Part shown: positions 1 through 8,076 of the stretch, one piece after another | Position numbering within the stretch: position 1 is the first letter of the stretch | Layout: every line of letters begins with the position of its first letter | Origin: Patescibacteria group bacterium | GTDB taxonomy: Bacteria > Patescibacteriota > Minisyncoccia > 2-02-FULL-40-12 > GWA2-44-9 | Length of the DNA: 64,000 bases | NCBI GenBank assembly: GCA_038064515.1 | Contig: JBBTSY010000004.1 | Coordinates: forward strand, 96,585 to 160,584 | Direction of reading: 5' to 3' | Notes under the pieces: model-generated | Told to the model about the DNA's origin: nothing | The model's input: only the letters and a program-made list of their open reading frames with translations | The model's database searches: none | Made by a program: the position numbers and the translations under genes

Positions 1-1018
1 TATGCGTAAAGGTCCACTTAGTCTCCCCACCAGAGGCGGATCCTTGCCCGCCGGATTTGGCAGGCGCGGCGCCTTCGGCGGAGAAGAATGGAAAATCGAT
101 TATCCAGCAGAATGCCAACAGGTTAGGATTATTTTTATCCTTACGAAGATCCGGTCGTTCGGTCTGATATTGTCCCATTGCTTCTTTATAGGAGAACTTC
201 GGAAATGGAATCTCTTGGATTTCCTTTTCGGGATAAAGCTCTTTCACAAGAGCGATGAGAAGAGTCTCATTAAGGGCCATTACATCCTCTCGTTCAACAA
301 AGCTCATTTCTATATCGAGCTGGGTAAATTCTGGTTGACGGTCGCCGCGCGTATCTTCATCACGAAAACAGCGGGCAAATTGGAAATACCGTTCAATCCC
401 CGCCGACATGAGAAGCTGTTTGTACTGTTGCGGCGATTGTGGCAATGCATAAAACTTCCCAGAATAGAGCCGTGATGGCACTACATAATCGCGCGCGCCC
501 TCCGGTGTAGATTTTGTTAAAATAGGAGTTTCGACTTCAATAAATTTATTTTCTGATAACCAATTGCGGATAAAAAGCTGAGTTTTGTGCCGCATCGTCA
601 TATTATGCGCTAAGCGGCTACGGCGCAAATCAATATAGCGATATTGCATCCGCTTTTCTTCTCCAACCTCATAACCATCGGTATCAAGCGAAAATGGGGG
701 CGTCAGCGCTTCATTGAGCACTTCCAGCTCCAAAGGCTCAAGCTCTACTGATCCAGTAGGGATGTCGGCATTCACCATTTTCTCCGGCCGTAGCTTAATT
801 GTTCCCTTGATGCGAACTACCCATTCGGAACGGAGCTCAGCGGCGGTTTCGTACTCTTCTTGAGAAGGAGTAAAAACAACCTGAATCACGCCAGTACGGT
901 CGCGAAGATCGATAAAAATAATCTTGCCATGGTCGCGCCGGTTTGCCACCCAGCCGTACAGATCAACTTCCTGACCCACTCGATCCGGAGTATTAATAAT
1001 AGATAGTTCTTTCGCCAT
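1..1018 (-). CDS. aspS: Aspartyl-tRNA synthetase (3' end runs off the window)
   Basis: Manual translation from ATG at 1018: MAKELSII..GWVANRRDHGKIIFIDLRD..ETPILTKSTPEGARDYVVPSR..FYALPQSPQQYKQLLM..RCFRDEDTRGDRQPEFTQLDIEMSF. Not in the ORF track because it has no stop inside the window. Confidence 0.97.
   Translation of the reverse strand, partial: MAKELSIINTPDRVGQEVDLYGWVANRRDHGKIIFIDLRDRTGVIQVVFTPSQEEYETAAELRSEWVVRIKGTIKLRPEKMVNADIPTGSVELEPLELEVLNEALTPPFSLDTDGYEVGEEKRMQYRYIDLRRSRLAHNMTMRHKTQLFIRNWLSENKFIEVETPILTKSTPEGARDYVVPSRLYSGKFYALPQSPQQYKQLLMSAGIERYFQFARCFRDEDTRGDRQPEFTQLDIEMSFVEREDVMALNETLLIALVKELYPEKEIQEIPFPKFSYKEAMGQYQTERPDLRKDKNNPNLLAFCWIIDFPFFSAEGAAPAKSGGQGSASGGETKWTFTH
27..81. repeat. 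Nested GC-rich palindromic element inserted in frame in aspS
   Basis: CCACCAGAGGCGGATCC[..TGCCCGCCGGATTTGGCAGGCG..]GCCTTCGGCGG encodes SAEGAAPAKSGGQGSASGG between the conserved DFPFF and WTFTH segments. Confidence 0.6.
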
Positions 1019-1050
1019 AATCAGGGGTATATTAGCACAAAATTTCCGAA

Positions 1051-1081
1051 AGAGAAACCGGAGATAATCTCCGGTTTCTCT
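1051..1081. terminator. Hairpin/terminator downstream of tRNA-Lys
   Basis: AGAGAAACCGGAGATAATCTCCGGTTTCTCT, near-perfect inverted repeat. Confidence 0.65.
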
Positions 1082-1087
1082 CGTATG

Positions 1088-1160
1088 TGCGCCCACCAGG
1101 ACTCGAACCTGGGACCTTCTCCTTAAAAGGGAGCAGCTCTACCAACTGAGCTATGGGCGC
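1088..1160 (-). tRNA. trnK: tRNA-Lys (anticodon UUU)
   Basis: Reverse complement GCGCCCATAGCTCAGTTGGTAGAGCTGCTCCCTTTTAAGGAGAAGGTCCCAGGTTCGAGTCCTGGTGGGCGCA shows acceptor stem, D arm, CT-TTT-AA anticodon loop and TTCGA T loop. Confidence 0.97.
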
Positions 1161-1473
1161 ATTCTTATAAATCCTTCATCAACCATCTTCTCAATGTAAT
1201 CCTTCCTCTTTAGTTTTTTCAATTTTCTTTCCACGCTTCTCGCCTCAACCAACGTATCATACTCCTGACTTAAGACTAGACGCAGTCTACCTAACCTCTT
1301 TGTTGATGGAGTATATCCTCCTAAGTGGTGTTTTAGCCTTTCATCCAAATTTTCCGTACTACCAATGTAATACCTATTATATTCACTTTTAAGTATGTAG
1401 ACGTAATACATCGAACTGAGTCCCGACGCTCGAAGAGGTCGGGACCCCGACTTATCGTCGGGGCTATGGGCGC
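1144..1473 (-). mobile_element. GIY-YIG cassette bounded by a duplicated 17-bp tRNA-Lys 5' end
   Basis: AACTGAGCTATGGGCGC at 1144-1160, and again as AACTGAG (1414-1420) plus CTATGGGCGC (1464-1473), split by a 43-bp double hairpin. Confidence 0.75.
1151..1411 (-). CDS. Small stand-alone GIY-YIG nuclease
   Basis: YYVYIL..YYIGST.NL.ERLKHH..E motifs; 86 aa; stop codon lies inside the first 10 nt of the tRNA. Confidence 0.9.
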   Translation of the reverse strand: MYYVYILKSEYNRYYIGSTENLDERLKHHLGGYTPSTKRLGRLRLVLSQEYDTLVEARSVERKLKKLKRKDYIEKMVDEGFIRMRP

Positions 1474-1537
1474 GTAATCCGGAGCTATATTAGCAGGAAA
1501 AACCTATTTCTTCAACACACGAAAACAATTTAAATCC

Positions 1538-3106
1538 TTATTTATTATGAAGTGCTTCATCTAGAAGCCGTTTGAGTTCGGCCGAATCAACTTCTTTCCT
1601 GGGACGCTCTTCTTTTTTATCCTCTCTTGCGGGAAGTTTCTTGCCTTTGAAATCCACCGGTTCGGCAGCCAGCATATTGCCCAGTGTCGCGTGTTCAGAT
1701 TGAGGAGGCTTTGATACCTGACGTTCTTGGCGCGGTCGTTGATCATACGATCTTTCAGGGCGAGGCCTTCTCGGCGGCATATCACGAGTATTGCGTTCAC
1801 GAGGCGATGAAGACACCATTAATGGTTCCCGCCATTTCGCGATAACTCCCTCCACTTCGGCTCGGGGTTTTCCATACGCCTTTTGGGAAGCTTGGATAAC
1901 CTGTGTTCGAGGACTTACTGGCAGTGGCGCGATAGTATCCATCGTTCTTGCGGAAAATGCATGTGATGCTATGCCGTCAATCATCAGTTTTAAATAAATC
2001 TCCCGCTTGCCGAGATCCACAATATTCTGGACAACAAATTCAGGAGCAAATTCTTTTTCCAGCAACTCGGCATCTTCCGCTCCGACGCGGAATGAAATAA
2101 TACTGCCCACGTTGCCAAATACCGCGTCGGAGACGGCTTCATCCATCTGCGCTATGTATTGATGCGCAACCACCAGGCTCAAGTTGAATTTTCGAGCTTC
2201 AGACAGGATGTTTGCGAATGAAGCAGTGGCAAAATTCTGAAATTCATCTACGACAAGTATAAAGTCTTTTCGTTCATTCCGCGGAATATCAACGCGAGAC
2301 ATAGCGGCAAGCTGGATTTTAGTAATAAGCAGGCCGCCGAGTAATCGAGAAGCATCTTCTCCCATTCTCCCTTTCGAAAGGTTTAAGAGGATAATCTTCT
2401 GCTGATCCATCGCTTCGCGCATATCGAAAGAGGATTTAGACTGACCGACAATATTGCGCACGAGCGTATTAGAAACAAATTGTCCGATTTTATTTTGGAT
2501 GGCAGCTGTTGCTTCGGTGGCGAATTTTTCAGTATACTGGGCAAATTCTTGTTCCCAGAATGCTTTTACTTCGGGGTCTTTCACTTGATCTACGACCCAC
2601 TTGCGATAGCTTTTCTCCGCAAACATACGGTTAATACCGAGTAATGTGGATTCGGGTACTTCCAACAACGCCAAGATCGTATAATTCAGAATATACTCCA
2701 TGCGAGCTGACCACAAATCAATCCAAAGCTTTTTGAATACAGCCATAATTCCATCCGTAACTAAGTGTCTTTTATCGGGATCAACCGATTCCATAACATT
2801 GAAAGCAATCGGATATTCCATGTCCGCCGGATTAATGTAAATAACGTCCTTGATGCGGTGCTCGGGAATATAGTCCAGCAGATCTTCCACCGGATCGCCG
2901 TGCGGATCAATAAATGCCAACCCCCGTCCATCTTGGATATCCTGAATTGCGATGTTTTTCAGCAGTTCCGACTTCCCCATGCCTGTTTTACCGATGATGT
3001 ACATGTGCCGGCGACGATCATCCATTTTAATGCCGAAGGTCACGTCCTTATTGCGGAAGTTTGTTTTACCGAACAGAATGATTGGATTGTCGATTTCTTG
3101 TGCCAT
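1538..3106 (-). CDS. VirD4/TraG/HerA-like (DUF87-type) P-loop ATPase
   Basis: Walker A GKTGMGKS, IDPHGD, Walker B LVVDEFQNF, EARKFNLSLVVAHQY; low-complexity C tail. Confidence 0.85.
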   Translation of the reverse strand: MAQEIDNPIILFGKTNFRNKDVTFGIKMDDRRRHMYIIGKTGMGKSELLKNIAIQDIQDGRGLAFIDPHGDPVEDLLDYIPEHRIKDVIYINPADMEYPIAFNVMESVDPDKRHLVTDGIMAVFKKLWIDLWSARMEYILNYTILALLEVPESTLLGINRMFAEKSYRKWVVDQVKDPEVKAFWEQEFAQYTEKFATEATAAIQNKIGQFVSNTLVRNIVGQSKSSFDMREAMDQQKIILLNLSKGRMGEDASRLLGGLLITKIQLAAMSRVDIPRNERKDFILVVDEFQNFATASFANILSEARKFNLSLVVAHQYIAQMDEAVSDAVFGNVGSIISFRVGAEDAELLEKEFAPEFVVQNIVDLGKREIYLKLMIDGIASHAFSARTMDTIAPLPVSPRTQVIQASQKAYGKPRAEVEGVIAKWREPLMVSSSPRERNTRDMPPRRPRPERSYDQRPRQERQVSKPPQSEHATLGNMLAAEPVDFKGKKLPAREDKKEERPRKEVDSAELKRLLDEALHNK

Positions 3107-3112
3107 GGCGTG

Positions 3113-4393
3113 TTATAGAATTGGAAGGCCTGCGGGCGGCTGGGATTTCTTTGCTTCGACGCGCGGGAAGAGCGGCGCTTTTACGTTAATCCCTGGCAGA
3201 TGAAATAACGTCGCTATTTCTTCGGTACTTAAAATCACCAGCTCTTTAAACTCCCGGGCACGAGCACGCTTGTACATATCGATCTTGCGCTTATACTCCT
3301 CTTGCGATTTCATAAACCCGTTATTTGAAGGGAATAGCCAGGCAAAGTATCCATCGGGGCTGGTGCTGGTAGCTTTGTTCGGTTTAAAAGTGTTTAAGTT
3401 ATTCGAATAGAGCTGTTTAAACATCCCAATCACATTGGAAACGCGGGAACGATTAAAGATATCTTTTTTGGCGATATAGATTAATCGCGGGGTCACTTTG
3501 AACGCAAGCTTAAAGGCTTTGTTTTCGACTTGATCAAGGGTAAACTTTTGACCCGTTGTCAACTTTTGGATGGAAAATTCTTTTTCTTCTTTTTTTACAG
3601 GCTCGCCGGATGCGAATCCAACGAGGCTAAAAACACCGTCTAAGATTTTTTCCAGGAAATTAAGTTTTGCCGGTGGCGGAGTCTTCCCGGCCAACTTAGC
3701 AACCTCCGCCTCAAAGTCCTTTGTCCAATCTCCGCCGGTAGGACGCGCGACATATTGCATCCACATATATTCTCCGGAACCCAGGGAACTTAGCACTTCC
3801 GCTAACGGCGCCAGGGGATCCGTTCGTTTGAATTCGTCTTTCCCTGATTCTTCTTCGAAAAATGGATAGGTTTTAATCGGAAAGGCATCTGATTTTGTAA
3901 ATACCAGTTCAGCGCCGAACATATCATACTCATCGTTGGGAATCTTGGCGGGAAGCTGTTGCATATAGTCTTCCGCAACGGATATTTCCGCATCAGGATA
4001 CTGCGCAAAGATCTGAGTTTCCACGATATTTCGGTTGTCCTCAAGCGTACGGATATAAAATCTGACGTCACCCTGATTGCCGGCGATTTCAAAGCTGTAC
4101 CAATCCGGTACTTTGCCTTCAAAGAACTGCTTTTTTTCGGTAAGAGGCTTGGCATATACGCCATGCAAGCCCGAAAAGAAATTTTCTGCTATTTTAGGAC
4201 TCTTCTCAACATCCGGCGGCGGTTTCACTTCAAGCACGACCCATTTCAACGAGGTAAGATACGCCGTCCGAATATAATTTTTCCAAATATGAACCACGCC
4301 GACCGCAAGAAGGACAGGCCAGTAAAGCCACCAATACGATATGGCAATGAAAAATGCATTGCGAATGCCATCGAACAAAGGGTAGAAATCCAT
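3113..4393 (-). CDS. Membrane-anchored conserved hypothetical protein, partner of the VirD4-like ATPase
   Basis: 426 aa, N-terminal TM segment, SFEIAG..FY, QYPDAEI, PIKTY, LSTEEIATLFHLP motifs; 6 nt upstream of the ATPase gene. Confidence 0.7.
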   Translation of the reverse strand: MDFYPLFDGIRNAFFIAISYWWLYWPVLLAVGVVHIWKNYIRTAYLTSLKWVVLEVKPPPDVEKSPKIAENFFSGLHGVYAKPLTEKKQFFEGKVPDWYSFEIAGNQGDVRFYIRTLEDNRNIVETQIFAQYPDAEISVAEDYMQQLPAKIPNDEYDMFGAELVFTKSDAFPIKTYPFFEEESGKDEFKRTDPLAPLAEVLSSLGSGEYMWMQYVARPTGGDWTKDFEAEVAKLAGKTPPPAKLNFLEKILDGVFSLVGFASGEPVKKEEKEFSIQKLTTGQKFTLDQVENKAFKLAFKVTPRLIYIAKKDIFNRSRVSNVIGMFKQLYSNNLNTFKPNKATSTSPDGYFAWLFPSNNGFMKSQEEYKRKIDMYKRARAREFKELVILSTEEIATLFHLPGINVKAPLFPRVEAKKSQPPAGLPIL

Positions 4394-4449
4394 TATTCCC
4401 AGTATACCGAAAAAATCCGTAAAAAACTAGAACCTATTTCAATGGGTTC

Positions 4450-5514
4450 TTACGCTTTTCGGAGTGCGTACGTTCCGTCTTCGTTTTTTACGAAGTGAGT
4501 ATTGTCTTGGAGATTCAAAAGAATGGTGTTCTCTTTAACCATGCGTGCGTCCATGACGCGCGCCACGAGATCACTCTTTGCCAAAGGATGGGCAGAGTTG
4601 CGGAGAATATCTACAAGCACCTCTTTAACGGTTCCTGACTTATAACCCCATTCGGCAAGAGCATACATGCCGCGGCCCACGAGCACGAAGCGATTATCCT
4701 TAATCAGTTCGTTATGGACGGTCTGGATATTTACCGATTTCTGATCATTGAAATTGGCAGTATTGATGAGTTTAGCGATATCGGCAAAATGACGGGCTTC
4801 GCCTTCTTTTTTCATAATAAGATAGGCTTTATCGCGAACGCCCTTTGGCCTCACTTCGGGCCACGTAGCCAAACCAACTTCTTTAAAGATGTTCCTGGAA
4901 AGATCCTTGGAGATTGCCATGCACGCAGTAAGTTGTTTTTCTGAAAAGTCTGGGCCATTTGAGGCTACGACGCCTTGTTCAAGGGCAAAGTTGTAAACCT
5001 GCTGTTCCGATACAACCGCGCCTTTCTTTCCGAAAGCGGCGGTAAGAGAGTTAATGACCCGGTGGAGCTGATCAGATTTTTTCTGATCGATCGCCCAAAA
5101 AACATGATAATGATCATTCTCGTCGAATTTTACGAGTTCCTTATTGAAGGTAAGGATAAACGACAAAGAAGCATTTATTGCATCGTACTTCTCGGTGCCG
5201 CTGAACGCGTTGAAAAGATCTCGCTCCTTCATGATGCCACCCTCCTTGGATAATATAGCCTTGATAGCGCTTATATATTTCAGGACATCTTTGTGGTCGC
5301 CCGTTGATTTTGCGAGTTGAGTAAGCGTCGATTCTTCAATCTGCCGGACGCGCTCTCGAGTGATGCTGTAGCTCTGGCCGATAGACTCAAGCGTTTCACG
5401 CTTGCCATTTTGAAGACCAAAACGCCGAGTAACAATATCTCGGTTTCGTTCGGAGAGAGGTTTGATAATACTGGCTATCGTGGCTCTTAATGTTTTGAGG
5501 TCTTGTTTGTTCAT
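4450..5514 (-). CDS. Sigma-70 region 4 HTH plus HARE-HTH (RNAP delta-like) protein
   Basis: RRFGL..ETLESIGQSYSITRERVRQIE (sigma4); C-terminal QTVHNELIKDNRFVLVGRGMYALAEWGY. True start taken as ATG 5514 because the MSVR extension comes from a repeat element. Confidence 0.8.
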   Translation of the reverse strand: MNKQDLKTLRATIASIIKPLSERNRDIVTRRFGLQNGKRETLESIGQSYSITRERVRQIEESTLTQLAKSTGDHKDVLKYISAIKAILSKEGGIMKERDLFNAFSGTEKYDAINASLSFILTFNKELVKFDENDHYHVFWAIDQKKSDQLHRVINSLTAAFGKKGAVVSEQQVYNFALEQGVVASNGPDFSEKQLTACMAISKDLSRNIFKEVGLATWPEVRPKGVRDKAYLIMKKEGEARHFADIAKLINTANFNDQKSVNIQTVHNELIKDNRFVLVGRGMYALAEWGYKSGTVKEVLVDILRNSAHPLAKSDLVARVMDARMVKENTILLNLQDNTHFVKNEDGTYALRKA

Positions 5515-5656
5515 CCTTACACTCACTTAGCATTTGTGGCTTGCCCGTTCGTCTAGCTAGGGGTACCACGCCTGATAGTGAAAACTTAGTTACTTTTTTA
5601 TATAGTATTGACCGCCACACTCCAGAACGCGATGCTAAGTGAGTGTGAGGATTCAT
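5510..5656. mobile_element. MITE-like element with 21-bp TIRs and duplicated TTCAT (ATGAA on minus strand)
   Basis: ATCCTTACACTCACTTAGCAT (5513-5533) versus ATGCTAAGTGAGTGTGAGGAT (5632-5652), 20/21 complementary; TTCAT at 5510-5514 and 5652-5656. Confidence 0.8.
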
Positions 5657-5710
5657 CTCGTTAAATTACCCGTAAGAAAACAATATCATTAATACCGAAT
5701 TAAGTCAAAT

Positions 5711-6607
5711 CTACCCCGCTCGACGGCGTGACCACCAGACTAATATCGGCGACGCAACCGCAATGGAGGAAAAGGCGCCGAGCGAGATCCCCAAGATCAA
5801 TGCCAGTGCAAAATATTTCACACTCTCACCGCCAAAAAAGTAGATTGTTACCAACGATAATAGGGTCGTAAGGGTGGTGTTTAATGAGCGCACCAGCGTC
5901 TGCATAATGCTTTGGTGCACTACTTCGCTGAATTGCTCCTTCGAGCCCCCGCGCAGTATATTCTCACGAACACGGTCAAAAATTACCACAGTATCGGAAA
6001 TTGAATAGCCCAAAATCGTAAGTACTGCCGCTACGAAGACGGCACTAATTTCTACGCCTTTATATGCGCCCAGCCAGGCGAAAATTCCCATGGGAATAAC
6101 GAGATCATGGATCAACGCAATGATCGCCGCCGCACCCATCACCCACGCTGGTAAAACTCTGCCTAATTTTTTAAACACGAAGGTAATATAGAGACTGATA
6201 GCGACAAGCACGACAATAATTGCCGTAATACTCTTGTTCTTGAGCTCATTACCAATCAATGGACCGACAGAATCAAACCGCTTTTCCGTTGTGTCCGTAT
6301 TCAGAAACGCTTTTTTTAGAATTGCTAGGATATCTTGATGATCTTTTTCGGAAAGTTCTCCGCTTTTGATGATTATTTCCGAATCACCCACGGGTGATAC
6401 ACCCGCATCTTTCACGTTCGCGATATTGGACTCGTTAAGAATTTTTGCAACTTCCGCAGTAGCCGGACGCTGGGTGAAGTCTAATTCCAAGACGCTACCG
6501 CCCTTAAAATCAACCCCGAAATTAAACCCATATGCGGCCAACGAAATAATTGAAGCCACCACCATGACTACGGAAAGGCTGAAAAGAATTTTATAGATAG
6601 GTCTCAT
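5711..6607 (-). CDS. secF: Protein translocase subunit SecF
   Basis: GVDFKGGS, SVGPLIG.EL, LIHDL, LTILGYSISDTVVIFDRVREN, RSLNT motifs. Confidence 0.96.
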   Translation of the reverse strand: MRPIYKILFSLSVVMVVASIISLAAYGFNFGVDFKGGSVLELDFTQRPATAEVAKILNESNIANVKDAGVSPVGDSEIIIKSGELSEKDHQDILAILKKAFLNTDTTEKRFDSVGPLIGNELKNKSITAIIVVLVAISLYITFVFKKLGRVLPAWVMGAAAIIALIHDLVIPMGIFAWLGAYKGVEISAVFVAAVLTILGYSISDTVVIFDRVRENILRGGSKEQFSEVVHQSIMQTLVRSLNTTLTTLLSLVTIYFFGGESVKYFALALILGISLGAFSSIAVASPILVWWSRRRAG

Positions 6608-6616
6608 GATAATCGT

Positions 6617-7942
6617 TTAGCCAAACAGCCATTTAAACCGCTCAAATCTCGGCCCGGAAAACAACTGCAAAAACGATCGAGTCACGATTGTAGCAGTCAG
6701 TAAACTCGTCACAACGCCAATACCGAGTGTTAGGGCAAATCCTTTCACGATCGAACTCGTGAATAAATATAGTCCGGCGGCGCCTATGAGCGTGGTCACA
6801 TGACTATCACGAATAGCAAGCCAGGCGCGATGAAATCCTTCCCGAATCGACTGCTGAAGTGACCGGCCGGCAGCTAATTCTTCCCTCATGCGCGCAAAAA
6901 TCAAGACATTGGCATCCACGGCAATACCCAGCGACAAAATAAATCCAGCAATGCCAGCCAGCGTCAATGTTACCGGAATTAATTTATAAAACATGAGCAC
7001 GATTAACACGTATACCATTAATGCGACGACGGACAAGATACCTGGCAAACGATAGAAAAGGATCATGAATAACGCTACGAGAATAAATCCGTACATTCCG
7101 GCTTTCAAGCTTTTCTCCAACGACTCGGCTCCCAATGAAGCGCCGATCGTCTGCTGTGAAACAAGCTTAATGGGCACCGGTAAGGCGCCAGAATTCAAGC
7201 GGGTCGCCAAAAGCTTAGCTTCATTCGGATTGAAATTGCCGCTGATGACCGCATTGCCGTTAGTGATGGCGGATTGCACCACCGGTATGCTGATGGGGAA
7301 TCCATCCAGATAAATTGCAACCAGCTTTCCAATATTGCGTTGCGTAATTTCTCCAAACAGCTTCGTTCCCTCTTCATTGAGCTCTAAACTCACTTGGGGC
7401 TGATAGGTTTGAGGGTCAAATACTACTTGGGCACGCTTTATGTGGCGCCCGTTAAGACCGGTGGTTTGAAATGGATCCTCGTTGAGTCGCTGGCCCTGAC
7501 CTTGCGCCTCTAAAATTGCCCGTGTATCTGTTTTCTCTTCCCGAAACTCCAAAAACGGAGTTTCGCCGATAAGTTGAATGGCCCGATTTACATCCTGAAT
7601 ACCGGCAAGCTCTACGATAAGACGATCATTGCCGCTTACTTGCACGATTGGTTCGGCAACACCGAATATATTCACGCGTCGCTCAATAACATCGCGGATG
7701 CCGGCCATAGCTTGGTCGGGAGCTTCGCTTACTGCGGAAAGATCAGCCTGGTACACCAAGTGCGTCCCGCCGAGAAGGTCCAACCCTAGCCGAAACGGCA
7801 CATTTTTCACGTGCGGGAGATCAAGAGAGAATTTATTATTGGCCGCATCAACGCCTTTATTGACATATTGGGGGGCGATAAATGTAAAGAGTGCGAGAGA
7901 GACGAGAATAATCGCTGTTAGAATAAATCCGTTGTTTCTCAT
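6617..7942 (-). CDS. secD: Protein translocase subunit SecD
   Basis: LGLDLLGG, IERRVNIFGVAEP, GALPVP, IGASLG, AVDANVLIFARMREE, KGFALTLGIG motifs. Confidence 0.96.
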   Translation of the reverse strand: MRNNGFILTAIILVSLALFTFIAPQYVNKGVDAANNKFSLDLPHVKNVPFRLGLDLLGGTHLVYQADLSAVSEAPDQAMAGIRDVIERRVNIFGVAEPIVQVSGNDRLIVELAGIQDVNRAIQLIGETPFLEFREEKTDTRAILEAQGQGQRLNEDPFQTTGLNGRHIKRAQVVFDPQTYQPQVSLELNEEGTKLFGEITQRNIGKLVAIYLDGFPISIPVVQSAITNGNAVISGNFNPNEAKLLATRLNSGALPVPIKLVSQQTIGASLGAESLEKSLKAGMYGFILVALFMILFYRLPGILSVVALMVYVLIVLMFYKLIPVTLTLAGIAGFILSLGIAVDANVLIFARMREELAAGRSLQQSIREGFHRAWLAIRDSHVTTLIGAAGLYLFTSSIVKGFALTLGIGVVTSLLTATIVTRSFLQLFSGPRFERFKWLFG

Positions 7943-8076
7943 GATGAAATTGACTTCTAGATTAAATCATAATACTTTAACCCATGCAAGAAACGTTCGC
8001 TCCCCGCACGAACTCGTGACGTCTTCGCTGAACTACTTCGAATGAGGCTGGGAAAAGAAAGCGCAAAGTCTGACTA

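Noticed and set aside
2-475. 157-aa plus-strand ORF from the track
   Set aside because: Antisense shadow of aspS, which occupies the minus strand with clear AspRS motifs.
1538-4393. Conjugative element suggested by the VirD4/TraG-like ATPase
   Set aside because: No relaxase, VirB4 or mating-pair genes; the pair sits among housekeeping genes.
5515-5526. Identical MSVRM N termini on two unrelated ORFs (4450..5526 and 58292..59242) as a shared signal peptide
   Set aside because: Encoded by the TIR of the inserted element; the true starts are the following ATGs.
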